Positions 1-10,903 of a stretch of 64,000 nt of DNA are shown piece after piece. The notes below the pieces were generated by a model. It was not told where the DNA came from. It saw only the letters and a program-made list of their open reading frames with translations, and did not search any database. Source of the stretch: Gammaproteobacteria bacterium (GTDB lineage: Bacteria > Pseudomonadota > Gammaproteobacteria > Natronospirales > JAJUFS01); the NCBI GenBank assembly GCA_033720895.1, contig JAWWBS010000001.1:67310-131309 (forward strand). The letters are read 5' to 3'. Each line of letters opens with the position of its first letter. Within the stretch, counting starts at the first letter, position 1. Position numbers and translations under genes: made by a program.

Positions 1-55
1 AGAGCCGAGGGCGGACTATCCGCGGACGCGGGTTCGAGTCCCGCCACCTCCACCA
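1..55 (+). ncRNA. ssrA: tmRNA (ssrA), 3' end only (partial at window edge)
   Basis: CGCGGACGCGGGTTCGAGTCCCGCCACCTCCACCA matches the conserved tRNA-like T-arm/acceptor 3' end of bacterial tmRNA (E. coli ends ...GGACGCGGGTTCAACTCCCGCCAGCTCCACCA). CCA is at 53-55. Confidence 0.85.
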
Positions 56-63
56 TACCGAAG

Positions 64-96
64 AAAAAGGGCCACCCAACGGGTGGCCTTTTTCTT
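64..96 (+). terminator. Rho-independent terminator after ssrA
   Basis: GGCCACCC-AAC-GGGTGGCC hairpin preceded by an A-run and followed by TTTTTCTTT. Confidence 0.8.
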
Positions 97-364
97 TGGA
101 GAGGACGTCGCCGACTCAAAAGCCGCGTCCATGAGCAAGCCGGGTTCGACCAGCGCCGCAGCCATTGGCAAGGCGCGCCGGACCGTCGATGCTGCCGCCA
201 GGCAGCGAGACGGGTCCCGAGCAGTGCGAAGGATTGCGAGGCAAAGCCGAGCAACATTCCCGCCACCGTTCCTTCCATTAGCCATTGGCTATCACGCGCG
301 TTCAAAGATTCAATTTCCCTAAAACCCCGGCCGGGTCTACGCTGAACAGGCATATAACAAGCTT

Positions 365-382
365 TTATAAACGCGTTTATAA
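365..382. promoter_or_regulatory. 18-bp perfect palindrome TTATAAACGCGTTTATAA in the AT-rich region upstream of katG (candidate operator)
   Basis: Read directly. It lies in a stretch of about 32 % GC, about 200 nt upstream of the katG start. No cognate regulator was identified. Confidence 0.35.
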
Positions 383-462
383 CCTCAACTCCATGTTTTT
401 AAAGGTTTTAATCTGAAACGGCAGGTTTGCGGATGCGTTTTTGTACAAGTTTGTAGAAATGA

Positions 463-2820
<2,358 letters not shown>

Positions 2821-2844
2821 TCGCACGAGTCCTTGCAACAGGAA

Positions 2845-2871
2845 GGCCCGCGGGAAACCGCGGGCTTTTTT
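2845..2871 (+). terminator. Rho-independent terminator after katG
   Basis: GCCCGCGG-GAAA-CCGCGGGC hairpin followed by TTTTTT. Confidence 0.8.
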
Positions 2872-2978
2872 GCATCATCAACGTAACTATTTGTTTTTAT
2901 TTGTCTTTTTTGTTACATTCAAGCCATCTCGCCGCCGCACATGGTCATGTGCGCAACGCTTCGAACAACCGGAGGTAA

Positions 2979-3644
2979 ATGATGAAGATCCTTATGGTTC
3001 TCACCTCGCATGACGCCCTTGGCAGTACCGGCAACAAGACCGGTTTCTGGCTGGAAGAGTTCGCCGCGCCCTATTACGTCTTCAAGGACGCCGGCGCCGA
3101 GATCACCCTCGCCTCCCCGCTGGGCGGCCAGCCGCCAGTGGACCCGAACAGCGACGTCGACGATGCGCACACCGATGCGACGCGTCGCTTCGAGGAAGAC
3201 GACGCCGCCAGGGAAGCGCTGGCAAACACGCACAAGCTGGGTGACATCGATGCCAGCAAGTTCGATGCCATCTTCTATCCAGGGGGCCATGGCCCGCTGT
3301 GGGACCTGTCGGAAGACCAGCACTCCATCCAGCTCATCAGTGCCTTTGCCGAAGCCGACAAGCCTGTCGGCGCCGTCTGCCACGGCCCCGCGGTATTCAA
3401 GAACACCAAGGCTGTCGTGCATGGCAAGAAGGTAACCGGCTTCAAGAACAGCGAAGAGCAGGCGGCCGGCCTGGAAGACGTGGTGCCGTTTTCGGTCGAA
3501 GACATGCTCAAGGACAACGGTGGTCACTACGAGAGTGGTGATGACTGGGCATCGCACGTGGTAACCGATGGCAAGCTCGTGACAGGCCAGAACCCGGCCT
3601 CGTCGGAGGCCGCAGCCAGGGCGTTGCTCGATGCCCTGACCTGA
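2979..3644 (+). CDS. DJ-1/PfpI family (type 1 glutamine amidotransferase-like, Hsp31-like) protein
   Basis: KILMVLTSHD...TGFWLEEFAAPYYVF...FYPGGHGPLWDL...PVGAVCHGPAVF...GQNPASS is the typical DJ-1/ThiJ nucleophile-elbow pattern. GGAGG lies upstream. Confidence 0.9.
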   Translation: MMKILMVLTSHDALGSTGNKTGFWLEEFAAPYYVFKDAGAEITLASPLGGQPPVDPNSDVDDAHTDATRRFEEDDAAREALANTHKLGDIDASKFDAIFYPGGHGPLWDLSEDQHSIQLISAFAEADKPVGAVCHGPAVFKNTKAVVHGKKVTGFKNSEEQAAGLEDVVPFSVEDMLKDNGGHYESGDDWASHVVTDGKLVTGQNPASSEAAARALLDALT

Positions 3645-3671
3645 GCTGGCACAGACAGTACGTAACGCAAT

Positions 3672-3703
3672 GAAAAACGCCCCGGCAAGCCGGGGCGTTC
3701 TCG
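3672..3703 (-). terminator. Hairpin terminator between convergent genes (T-run on minus strand)
   Basis: AACGCCCCGG-CAAG-CCGGGGCGTT. The minus-strand reading is followed by TTTTTCAT. Confidence 0.7.
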
Positions 3704-3726
3704 TTACGGCTGTTGCAAGGCTGTCG

Positions 3727-5088
3727 TCATTCGACGGCCCGCAGGGCGTTGACGCGGCCCATGCCGTGGGCGTCGTCATTGCCGGCCTTGCCAAGGTCAT
3801 CGGCGCTCTGGCGCAATGCCTTTTCAACGGCCTGCGGATCCATCGATCCACCGTTCTTGCCAATGATCAGCGCAGCGACACCGGAAGCATGCGGAGCCGC
3901 CATGCTGGTACCGGCCGACCAGCTCCAGCCACCGGAGATGGTGCTGAACACCATGTCCATGGCCCAGCAATACTGGTAGACCACGACCGCACAGACATCG
4001 TTGCCCGGGTAGATGTAATCACCGCCCGGCGCCGAGAAGTCGATCGAGGACTGGCCGTAATTGGAGTAGGAAGCCAGCTTGTCGAGATCGGCATTGACCG
4101 GATCCAGCGCCCAACCCGTCGGGCCGGTGGCCGAGATCGACAGTACGCCGTTCACTTCTGCCGGGAACTTCTTCAGCGAACTGTCGTGATCGAGATCACG
4201 TGCATCATTGCCCGCCGAAGCGATCACGGTGGCACCCATGTCGCGCGCGTACTTCACACCGCGTGCAAACACCGAGAAGAAATCGGCACAGGCCGAAGCG
4301 TTGCCGACGTTGCCCGGCACATTAACGCCACAGTTGCGCGGAATGCTGGCACCAAGGCTCATGTTGATCACATCAGCACCCACCTGGGCCGAGTAGACGA
4401 TACCGTTGAGGATGGCGCTGAAAGAGCCACCGCCGCTGTACTCGGACAGGACCTTCACCGCAATGATCTCCGCATCGGGTGCGACGCCGATGATGCCAAA
4501 GCCGTTATCCGCAGCAGCGATCGTGCCGGCTACGTGCGTGCCATGGTTGAAGAAGGTACCGGGACGCACGTTCCAGCCTTCGCCCGGGATGAACGAAGCA
4601 CTGAGTGCCGCATTCAGGTTGGGCGCGATATCCGGATGCTCGGCATCGATACCGCTGTCCAGCACGGCCACGCGCACGCCAGCACCACGATGTCCTGCTG
4701 CCCAGGCATCGGTTGCCGAGATGGCGGTATGCCCCCACTGCAGGTCGAAAAAGAAGTCATCATCACCGGTGAACGGCGGCGAAGCCGCTTCCGGAGCCGC
4801 AAAATCGATGTTCACTTCCGACTTGAGCGGCTCGCGATATTCGATCATCACGTCTTCCATCACGGCATCGATGCCGGCAATGCCATCGAATGCAGAAGCA
4901 TCGTCGGCATCGACGACCAGCACGTTGATGACACTGAGGTCGGATGTGACAACACCGCCAGCAGCTTCGATATCGGCCAGCAGCCGATCCGAATTGCCCT
5001 TGATGCTGACGATGAAACTTCCGGCGAAGGCCGGCATGGACGCAACAGAGAACATGGCCGCGAACGCGACCAGCAAGGTTTTACGCAT
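3727..5088 (-). CDS. Secreted subtilisin-like serine protease (peptidase S8) with propeptide
   Basis: Signal peptide MRKTLLVAFAAMFSVASMPAFA. Asp/His/Ser triad motifs VLDSGID, HGTHVAGTIAA and GTSMAAPHASG. Confidence 0.95.
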   Translation of the reverse strand: MRKTLLVAFAAMFSVASMPAFAGSFIVSIKGNSDRLLADIEAAGGVVTSDLSVINVLVVDADDASAFDGIAGIDAVMEDVMIEYREPLKSEVNIDFAAPEAASPPFTGDDDFFFDLQWGHTAISATDAWAAGHRGAGVRVAVLDSGIDAEHPDIAPNLNAALSASFIPGEGWNVRPGTFFNHGTHVAGTIAAADNGFGIIGVAPDAEIIAVKVLSEYSGGGSFSAILNGIVYSAQVGADVINMSLGASIPRNCGVNVPGNVGNASACADFFSVFARGVKYARDMGATVIASAGNDARDLDHDSSLKKFPAEVNGVLSISATGPTGWALDPVNADLDKLASYSNYGQSSIDFSAPGGDYIYPGNDVCAVVVYQYCWAMDMVFSTISGGWSWSAGTSMAAPHASGVAALIIGKNGGSMDPQAVEKALRQSADDLGKAGNDDAHGMGRVNALRAVE

Positions 5089-5238
5089 TGGATCCCCCCA
5101 ATTTGGAATCGATTGTCCGAGTCATCTGGCGTGCTGCCCTGGCCCGACCCCCCGGTCGCGCGCAGGGAAAGGGTGTGACTCGCCACCCTGCTTCCGCTGC
5201 CATTTCAAAACGCCCCCGGAGTAAAGCAGAAGCGATGT

Positions 5239-5305
5239 TGTACATGCAAGCTGTACAGGACCATTCGTTGAACTGCTGCAAATTTTCGTCGAACTGCTGC
5301 ATCTT
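5239..5305. promoter_or_regulatory. TGTACA-N7-TGTACA followed by two tandem 21-bp direct repeats in a divergent promoter region
   Basis: 5239-5257 reads TGTACATGCAAGCTGTACA. 5264-5284 TTCGTTGAACTGCTGCAAATT and 5285-5305 TTCGTCGAACTGCTGCATCTT are identical at 18/21 positions. Confidence 0.4.
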
Positions 5306-5374
5306 TGCTCAACACGACGGGAATCCTGGCCGGGAAAACGGCAAGCGACATCTGCCAGCGCGCTGCTAAGCTTC

Positions 5375-5950
5375 ATGAACACACCGCTGCCGGATCGAAA
5401 CATGCGTACAAAACTCGGGGAACTGGCAAATATTGCCGAAATCGTAAGCGCAGCCGCACTGATCATTTCACTGATATATGTCGGCATCCAGGTCAATGAC
5501 AGCGCGTCCGCCATTCGCGCATCGGCGATGCATGATGCCAACACCGCCGTGCAGGACTGGTACATGGAGGTTGGCTCGGATCGGCAGACCAGCGAGGTCG
5601 TGTATCGCGCCCTGGTCAGCGAAGAACCGCTGGAACGCACCGAGGAATTCCAGTTCATGATGATGATGCACAGCTTCTTCCTCAGCATGCAGAACAGCTA
5701 CCTGCTGGCGAAGGAAGGCACGCTGGATCCCGAGCTGCGTCGCGCCTTCAACAACGCCGTCAGGGGCATCAACTCGCTTCCCGGCCTGCAGCGCTACTGG
5801 CAACAGCGCCGCAGCTACCTGCATGGCGACTTTGTCGCCTGGGTGGAAAAGGCAGCCAATGATTTTCGTGGCCAGGACGAACCCATCGAGCTCTATCGAC
5901 TCGAGGATGAAGACCGGGACGCAGTCGACCTGCCGCCCACCGGCAACTGA
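5375..5950 (+). CDS. Hypothetical membrane-anchored protein (one N-terminal TM helix)
   Basis: ORF with a hydrophobic segment IAEIVSAAALIISLIYVGIQV followed by a helical soluble part. No family recognised. Confidence 0.65.
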   Translation: MNTPLPDRNMRTKLGELANIAEIVSAAALIISLIYVGIQVNDSASAIRASAMHDANTAVQDWYMEVGSDRQTSEVVYRALVSEEPLERTEEFQFMMMMHSFFLSMQNSYLLAKEGTLDPELRRAFNNAVRGINSLPGLQRYWQQRRSYLHGDFVAWVEKAANDFRGQDEPIELYRLEDEDRDAVDLPPTGN

Positions 5951-5970
5951 CGGACAGCCGCAGGCGGTAT

Positions 5971-6002
5971 GAAAAAGGGGTGGCAGGTGCCACCCCTTTT
6001 TC
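5971..6002. terminator. Bidirectional hairpin terminator
   Basis: AAAAAGGGGTGGC-AGGT-GCCACCCCTTTTT sits between convergent genes. Confidence 0.75.
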
Positions 6003-6022
6003 ATTTCAATCAACGCTGGCCA

Positions 6023-7984
6023 TCAGCCACGCCGCACGCGCCGCACGAACCAGCTCACGAACAGCATGAACACCGCAAAGCCGACCAGCTGTACCATCCA
6101 GTCGGGTCCGAGCCAGCCGGTACCGATGCCGTCCGGCTTCCTGTTCTGGATGAACGCGACGGCAGCGATACCTACACCCAGCAGGCCTTCGCCACCGACG
6201 AAGCCGGAGCCCAGCAGCACGCCACGATCACGACGATCCACGGCCTCTTCTTCGTTCTTCGCCTTGCGCTCGAGCCACAGCTTCAGCATGCCGCCAAGGA
6301 ACAGCGGTGTCATGGTCGACACCGGAAGGTATACGCCCACGGCAAAAGGCAGGGACGGAATGCGCAACAGTTCGCAGGCGATGGCGATGCCGACACCGAT
6401 GGCAACGAGGCCCCAGGGCAAGGACTGGTCGAGCACGCCATCGATGACCAGCTTCATCAGCGTGGCTTGCGGTGCTGGCAGTTCTTCGCCACCGAAACCG
6501 AACGTTTCTGCCAGCAGCAACACCGACAGGCAGACGAAGGTCGCCGAAGTGAGTACGCCGACGAGCTCGCCGATCTGCTGGCGACGCGGCGTTGCGCCCA
6601 GCAAGTAACCTGTCTTGAGGTCCTGTGAGGTGTCGCCTGCAATGGACGCGGCAATGGCGACCACGCAACCGACAGTCAATGCTGCCGCCTTGCCGGTGAT
6701 ATCGGTCCAGCCCATCACCAGGAAGACGCCCGCGGTGCCGAGCAGGGACGCAATGGTCATGCCTGAAGTCGGATTCGACGTCACGCCAACCAGGCCGACG
6801 ATGCGCGATGCCACGGTCACGAAGAAGAACGCGAAAATGACCACGCAGATGGCAGCAATGGCACGGAAGCCGATCGCGTCGATCTGACCGAAGGCGTTCG
6901 GAATCAATGCAAGAGCGGCAATGATCAGGAAGATGCCGATGCCGACCACCTTCAAGGGCAGGTCATTCGAGGTGCGGGACACCTTGTCGTCCGCATGCGC
7001 GACGCGTTCTTTCAACTGCTCGGCGCCGATGCTGAAACTTTCCAGCATGACCGGGATGCTGCGCGCCAGGGTGATGATGCCCGCAGCGGCCACGGCACCC
7101 GCGCCGATGTAGCGCACGTAGCGCGTCCACAGCTGCGAGGGCGACATGTCGCGAATCAGCATCTCTGTTTCCGGGAACAGCGGCACCGCTCGCGCATCAC
7201 CCCAGTAGGCAATCGCGGGAATGATGATGAGTGACGACAGCAAGCCACCACCCACCATTACCGTTGCGATGCGCGGCCCGAGAATGTAACCCACGCCAAA
7301 CAATGCAGCGGACAGGTCCATGCCGACCGCGCCCTTCTTGAGGAAGGGAATGTTGACGTGCACGTCACCTGGAATGACCTTGATCCAGGAGGTCAGCGTC
7401 TTGAACAGCATGCCCGCGCCGATGCCGATGAACACGTTCTTGGCGTTGCTGCCGCCCACCTCGTTCGCCACCAGCACGTGTGCGCAGGCGGTGCCTTCAG
7501 GATACGGCAGGTGGCCGTGCTCGCGCTCGATCAGGAAGCGCCGCAAAGGAATCATGAACAGGATGCCGATCAGGCCACCCGACATCGCGAGGATGGTCAT
7601 TTGCAGCAAGCCTGGCGTCAGCCCCCACAGGAACAGGGCCGGCAAGGTGAAAATGACACCGGACGCCACCGAGCTGGAGGCCGAGCCGATGGTCTGCGAC
7701 AGGTTGGCCTCGAGGATGTTCGAGGAGTGGCCGAATCGGCGCAGCGCCTGGAAAGCAGCGACTGTCATTACCGCAACCGGAATCGAAGTCGAGATCGTCA
7801 GGCCGGCGCGCAGGCCAAGGTAGGCATTGGCGGCACCAAACAGGATTCCGAACAGGATCCCGAAAAACAGTGACTTGATGGTAAATTCCTGCGGCGATTC
7901 GATGGCAGGAACGTATGGGGCGTAGGTTTCACCGTCCTTCAGCGGCCGATGAGCGTTTTCCGCCAATCCCTTGCGTGTTGTCAC
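6023..7984 (-). CDS. OPT-family oligopeptide transporter
   Basis: 653-aa polytopic protein. The N-terminus (YAPYVPA...EFTIKSLFFGILFGILFGAANAYLGLRAGLTISTSIP) is typical of bacterial OPT superfamily transporters. Confidence 0.92.
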   Translation of the reverse strand: MTTRKGLAENAHRPLKDGETYAPYVPAIESPQEFTIKSLFFGILFGILFGAANAYLGLRAGLTISTSIPVAVMTVAAFQALRRFGHSSNILEANLSQTIGSASSSVASGVIFTLPALFLWGLTPGLLQMTILAMSGGLIGILFMIPLRRFLIEREHGHLPYPEGTACAHVLVANEVGGSNAKNVFIGIGAGMLFKTLTSWIKVIPGDVHVNIPFLKKGAVGMDLSAALFGVGYILGPRIATVMVGGGLLSSLIIIPAIAYWGDARAVPLFPETEMLIRDMSPSQLWTRYVRYIGAGAVAAAGIITLARSIPVMLESFSIGAEQLKERVAHADDKVSRTSNDLPLKVVGIGIFLIIAALALIPNAFGQIDAIGFRAIAAICVVIFAFFFVTVASRIVGLVGVTSNPTSGMTIASLLGTAGVFLVMGWTDITGKAAALTVGCVVAIAASIAGDTSQDLKTGYLLGATPRRQQIGELVGVLTSATFVCLSVLLLAETFGFGGEELPAPQATLMKLVIDGVLDQSLPWGLVAIGVGIAIACELLRIPSLPFAVGVYLPVSTMTPLFLGGMLKLWLERKAKNEEEAVDRRDRGVLLGSGFVGGEGLLGVGIAAVAFIQNRKPDGIGTGWLGPDWMVQLVGFAVFMLFVSWFVRRVRRG

Positions 7985-8046
7985 GATTTTCTCTCCGACA
8001 TCTGCGATGCCAGAAGACTACCCCAGCAGCGGGAACGAGAAAACTC

Positions 8047-9576
8047 TCAACTCCAGAAGCGGAAAGCGACCGGTTCCTTGAACTTGGTCAGCATTTCGCG
8101 CCCATTGAGAATGAACAGGCGCGCACCCCTGCTGAACTGGAAGACGCGATAGAGATAGAAGTTCTCCGGGTGAGATTCGGCCAGCTCTATTTCCCGCTGC
8201 AGCAAGGTGAAAGGAAAATACGGTCCGTAATTCGTGGTCTTGACGCAGATGAGCCGGTCGCTGCCATCATCGTTGAACGACAGGATGTCGTAACCGAAGG
8301 ACTCGCCAAACGTCTGGGTCTGCCACATCACACCCTTCGCCTTGTCCTTGAGCCCGAGCTCGCGCAGGCGCGCGCGTTCAAAGGCCAGCACAAAGCGCTC
8401 GCCGGCCGACGAAAGCTGGGTAGCGCGATGTTCGCGCAAGCGGAAATCGACATCGGCCACGGCGGCTGGCTGCCAGCCTTCGAGCTTACGTGGCCTGAAA
8501 CCACTTGCCTCCGGTACTTTCTTCCATCGCAGCTTCGGCTCGTCGAGTTCGACGGGCACCGACTTGCCGGCGTCCTCGGGATCCAGCCACAAGGCTTCGA
8601 CGATCTCAGGATTCTCCTCGATGAATATGTGCACTGCCTTTTCGATTTTCGGGGACGGTGCTTTTTGCGGCGGGAAGGCATCGGCAAAGGGCAGGCCCGC
8701 CTCTGCCAGCACGGCACTGATATCCTGCTGCAGGGCATCGATGGCGGACTCGTCGTTCAAGCCGGTTTCCTTGGAGATGCGATTGCGATGGTCGGCCTTG
8801 CTGTATAGCTCGCCTTGCAACTCGGCATCCAGCATGACGAAATAGTTCTCGACCAGGATGCGATTGCGCTCGTCCTCCGAAATCGGTTCGGGCTCGGGCT
8901 CCACCGGTTCCGGCTTCTTCTTGTCGCGCATTTTCATGCGCGCCAGCCGTGCTTCGCGATCCGCCTTGAGCTTCTCGCGCTCCGCATCGGTAACGCCTGC
9001 CGGCGTTGCAGCGGGTTGTGCCTTGCTCTTCACGGCGGGCGCTTCTTCCGGCGGTGGCTGTGTCTTCTCGGATTTCGCCCTGGCTTCGGTGGCCTTGGGG
9101 CGGGCCGCCATGTCCGTCGAGTAGCCGAACTTGGGGATCTGCTTGAACCAGACATTCTCGAGCTGCGTGGCGACATCCTCGGGAATCTTCACGCCGGATT
9201 CGCGGATATCCCAGACAAACTTGCCCAGCAGTCCGCCTTTCAACAACGGTCGTGGCACGACCACTTCGGTGGATCCGTTGACCAGCTCCGTGAACTTGAT
9301 GTCGATGACAAGCGTCGGCCGCCCGCGATTGGCATCCTGCACATCCGGGTTGGTCGCTTCGTAGGAACCACGCGTGACCACGCCGCGTGCAAACAGGCCA
9401 CGCGGTTCGCGCCCCTGGCGAAGGAAGTAAACGACATCACCATTGAAAATGCGACGCGCCGAACCGCACGACCAGGTGCGCTCGATCGGAGCACCCCGCT
9501 TCGCTTGGTCAGATTGATCCTTGATGCTGCGCCAGTCCCACTTGGTCGGGTCCCAGCTAACCAGGTACGTCGCCAT
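8047..9576 (-). CDS. PUA/EVE-like N-terminal domain, low-complexity linker, DUF3883 (restriction-endonuclease-like) C-terminal domain protein
   Basis: N-terminus MATYLVSWDPTKWDW...GDVVYFLRQG...GLFARGVV. Linker PEPVEPEPEP. C-terminus FGYDILSFNDDGSDRLICVKTT...FYLYRVFQF. Domain calls are by motif memory only. Confidence 0.6.
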   Translation of the reverse strand: MATYLVSWDPTKWDWRSIKDQSDQAKRGAPIERTWSCGSARRIFNGDVVYFLRQGREPRGLFARGVVTRGSYEATNPDVQDANRGRPTLVIDIKFTELVNGSTEVVVPRPLLKGGLLGKFVWDIRESGVKIPEDVATQLENVWFKQIPKFGYSTDMAARPKATEARAKSEKTQPPPEEAPAVKSKAQPAATPAGVTDAEREKLKADREARLARMKMRDKKKPEPVEPEPEPISEDERNRILVENYFVMLDAELQGELYSKADHRNRISKETGLNDESAIDALQQDISAVLAEAGLPFADAFPPQKAPSPKIEKAVHIFIEENPEIVEALWLDPEDAGKSVPVELDEPKLRWKKVPEASGFRPRKLEGWQPAAVADVDFRLREHRATQLSSAGERFVLAFERARLRELGLKDKAKGVMWQTQTFGESFGYDILSFNDDGSDRLICVKTTNYGPYFPFTLLQREIELAESHPENFYLYRVFQFSRGARLFILNGREMLTKFKEPVAFRFWS

Positions 9577-9589
9577 CGTTTCCTTCCAT

Positions 9590-9610
9590 CCTTGTCAAAG
9601 TGTGACAAGG
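9590..9610. promoter_or_regulatory. Inverted repeat CCTTGTCA-N5-TGACAAGG just upstream of the 8047-9576 gene
   Basis: Perfect 8-bp arms, 14 nt from the ATG (9576) on the minus strand. A further GACAAG copy follows at 9614-9619. Confidence 0.3.
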
Positions 9611-9695
9611 ATAGGACAAGTCGCCTGCTTCAAGTACAAATAGAGTCACGTTTTCGCGATTTCTGTCAGCTTCGCAAGGTGTTTATACTGTGGTG

Positions 9696-10145
9696 ATGCG
9701 ACATATTGTCAATTTGCGACCGCTTCTCGCGCTCACCTGCACCCTGTTGCTGATTGCAGGCTGCAGCAAGGGCCTGCAGTGGTCCGACCGGGAAATCAGC
9801 AATGGCCAGCGACTGCTCGACGCCATCGAAGCCACCAATGCGGCCGGAAGCCTGCTCTCGGACCCGAACCCGGACAACGTCGACAAGGCGTTGACCGAAC
9901 TTCGCCGTGCCCATATCGCCGCGGCCCAGGTCGATGATCAGGTACTCGACAAGCTGCATCCGGGGCTGCAACCACGACTGAGATTGAACTTCCAGCGTGC
10001 GCTGGGGCGCATGATCCAGGCCGTCGAAACGAACGACAGCCGGGCGCTCAACAAGTCCGCCGACACCATCCAGGACTTCATTGCCTGGTACCGGGCCAAC
10101 GAACAGGATTTCCGCTGGTGGGATGGTCCGCGCCGTCGGCGCTGA
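9696..10145 (+). CDS. Hypothetical lipoprotein
   Basis: Lipobox LLIAGC after a hydrophobic signal (MRHIVNLRPLLALTCTLLLIAGC). I prefer the ATG at 9696 over the GTG at 9690. Confidence 0.7.
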   Translation: MRHIVNLRPLLALTCTLLLIAGCSKGLQWSDREISNGQRLLDAIEATNAAGSLLSDPNPDNVDKALTELRRAHIAAAQVDDQVLDKLHPGLQPRLRLNFQRALGRMIQAVETNDSRALNKSADTIQDFIAWYRANEQDFRWWDGPRRRR

Positions 10146-10266
10146 CGGCGAGATTTTAGCCATCAATTGACCTGACTGCGCCCCGCCGATAGCATCGTTG
10201 AAAAACCGCCAGCAGCCGGGTCTGCCTGGATGCCAGCACACCTTTATATACAGGGCAGGAATCATC

Positions 10267-10818
10267 ATGAGTCTTCGTATCCAGTTCGAACTCAGCGAAC
10301 GCGATCTCAAGCATTTCAAGAAAATTGCCAGCAGTGCGAAACAGCTGGCCAAGGATGCCGGCGAGGAAGAAATCATCGAGGCAGCGGAAGGTCTTCTCCA
10401 GGAAGTCGAAGATGCCAAGACACCGGATTTCATTCATGACCGCCTCATGCAGCTCAAGTACATGATCGAGATGCTGCAGGACGAGGGCTGGGGCCTGGGC
10501 GGAGCCGATCGCGACCGCGTGCTGTCGGCACTGGCCTACTTCTGCGATCCGGAAGATCTCATTCCGGACTCCACCCCGGGTTTCGGCTTCCTCGATGACG
10601 CCATCATGGTCGAATTGATGGTGCGCGAGCTGAAGCATGAAATCGAAGCCTATGCCGATTTCTGCAACTACCGCAGCCGCGAGGAAAAGCGTACCGGCAA
10701 GTCCGGCATGGCGCGTGCCGACTGGCTGGATGGCAAGCGCAAGGAACTGCATTCGCGCATGCGTCGTCGTCGCAAGAGCGAGCGCGGCGGGGGCGGCGTA
10801 CGCTTCAAGCTGCTGTAA
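10267..10818 (+). CDS. DUF1232 (YkvA-like) domain protein, basic C-terminal tail
   Basis: LIPDSTPGFGFLDDAIMVELM resembles the DUF1232 core. The start was chosen at MSLRIQF. Confidence 0.65.
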   Translation: MSLRIQFELSERDLKHFKKIASSAKQLAKDAGEEEIIEAAEGLLQEVEDAKTPDFIHDRLMQLKYMIEMLQDEGWGLGGADRDRVLSALAYFCDPEDLIPDSTPGFGFLDDAIMVELMVRELKHEIEAYADFCNYRSREEKRTGKSGMARADWLDGKRKELHSRMRRRRKSERGGGGVRFKLL

Positions 10819-10903
10819 AGCCGATTCGCTTGCCTGACGCCGGATGCCACAGGTGTCCGGCGTTGCCTTACCTGAAAACGACAGAACAGCCAGTGGAGCA
10901 CCC

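Noticed and set aside
83-322. 79-aa ORF (and the antisense 89-aa ORF 16-285) between ssrA and katG
   Set aside because: It overlaps the ssrA terminator or the tmRNA itself, has no RBS or motif, and its composition is typical of random high-GC frames. I cannot support it as a gene or as a clear pseudogene remnant.
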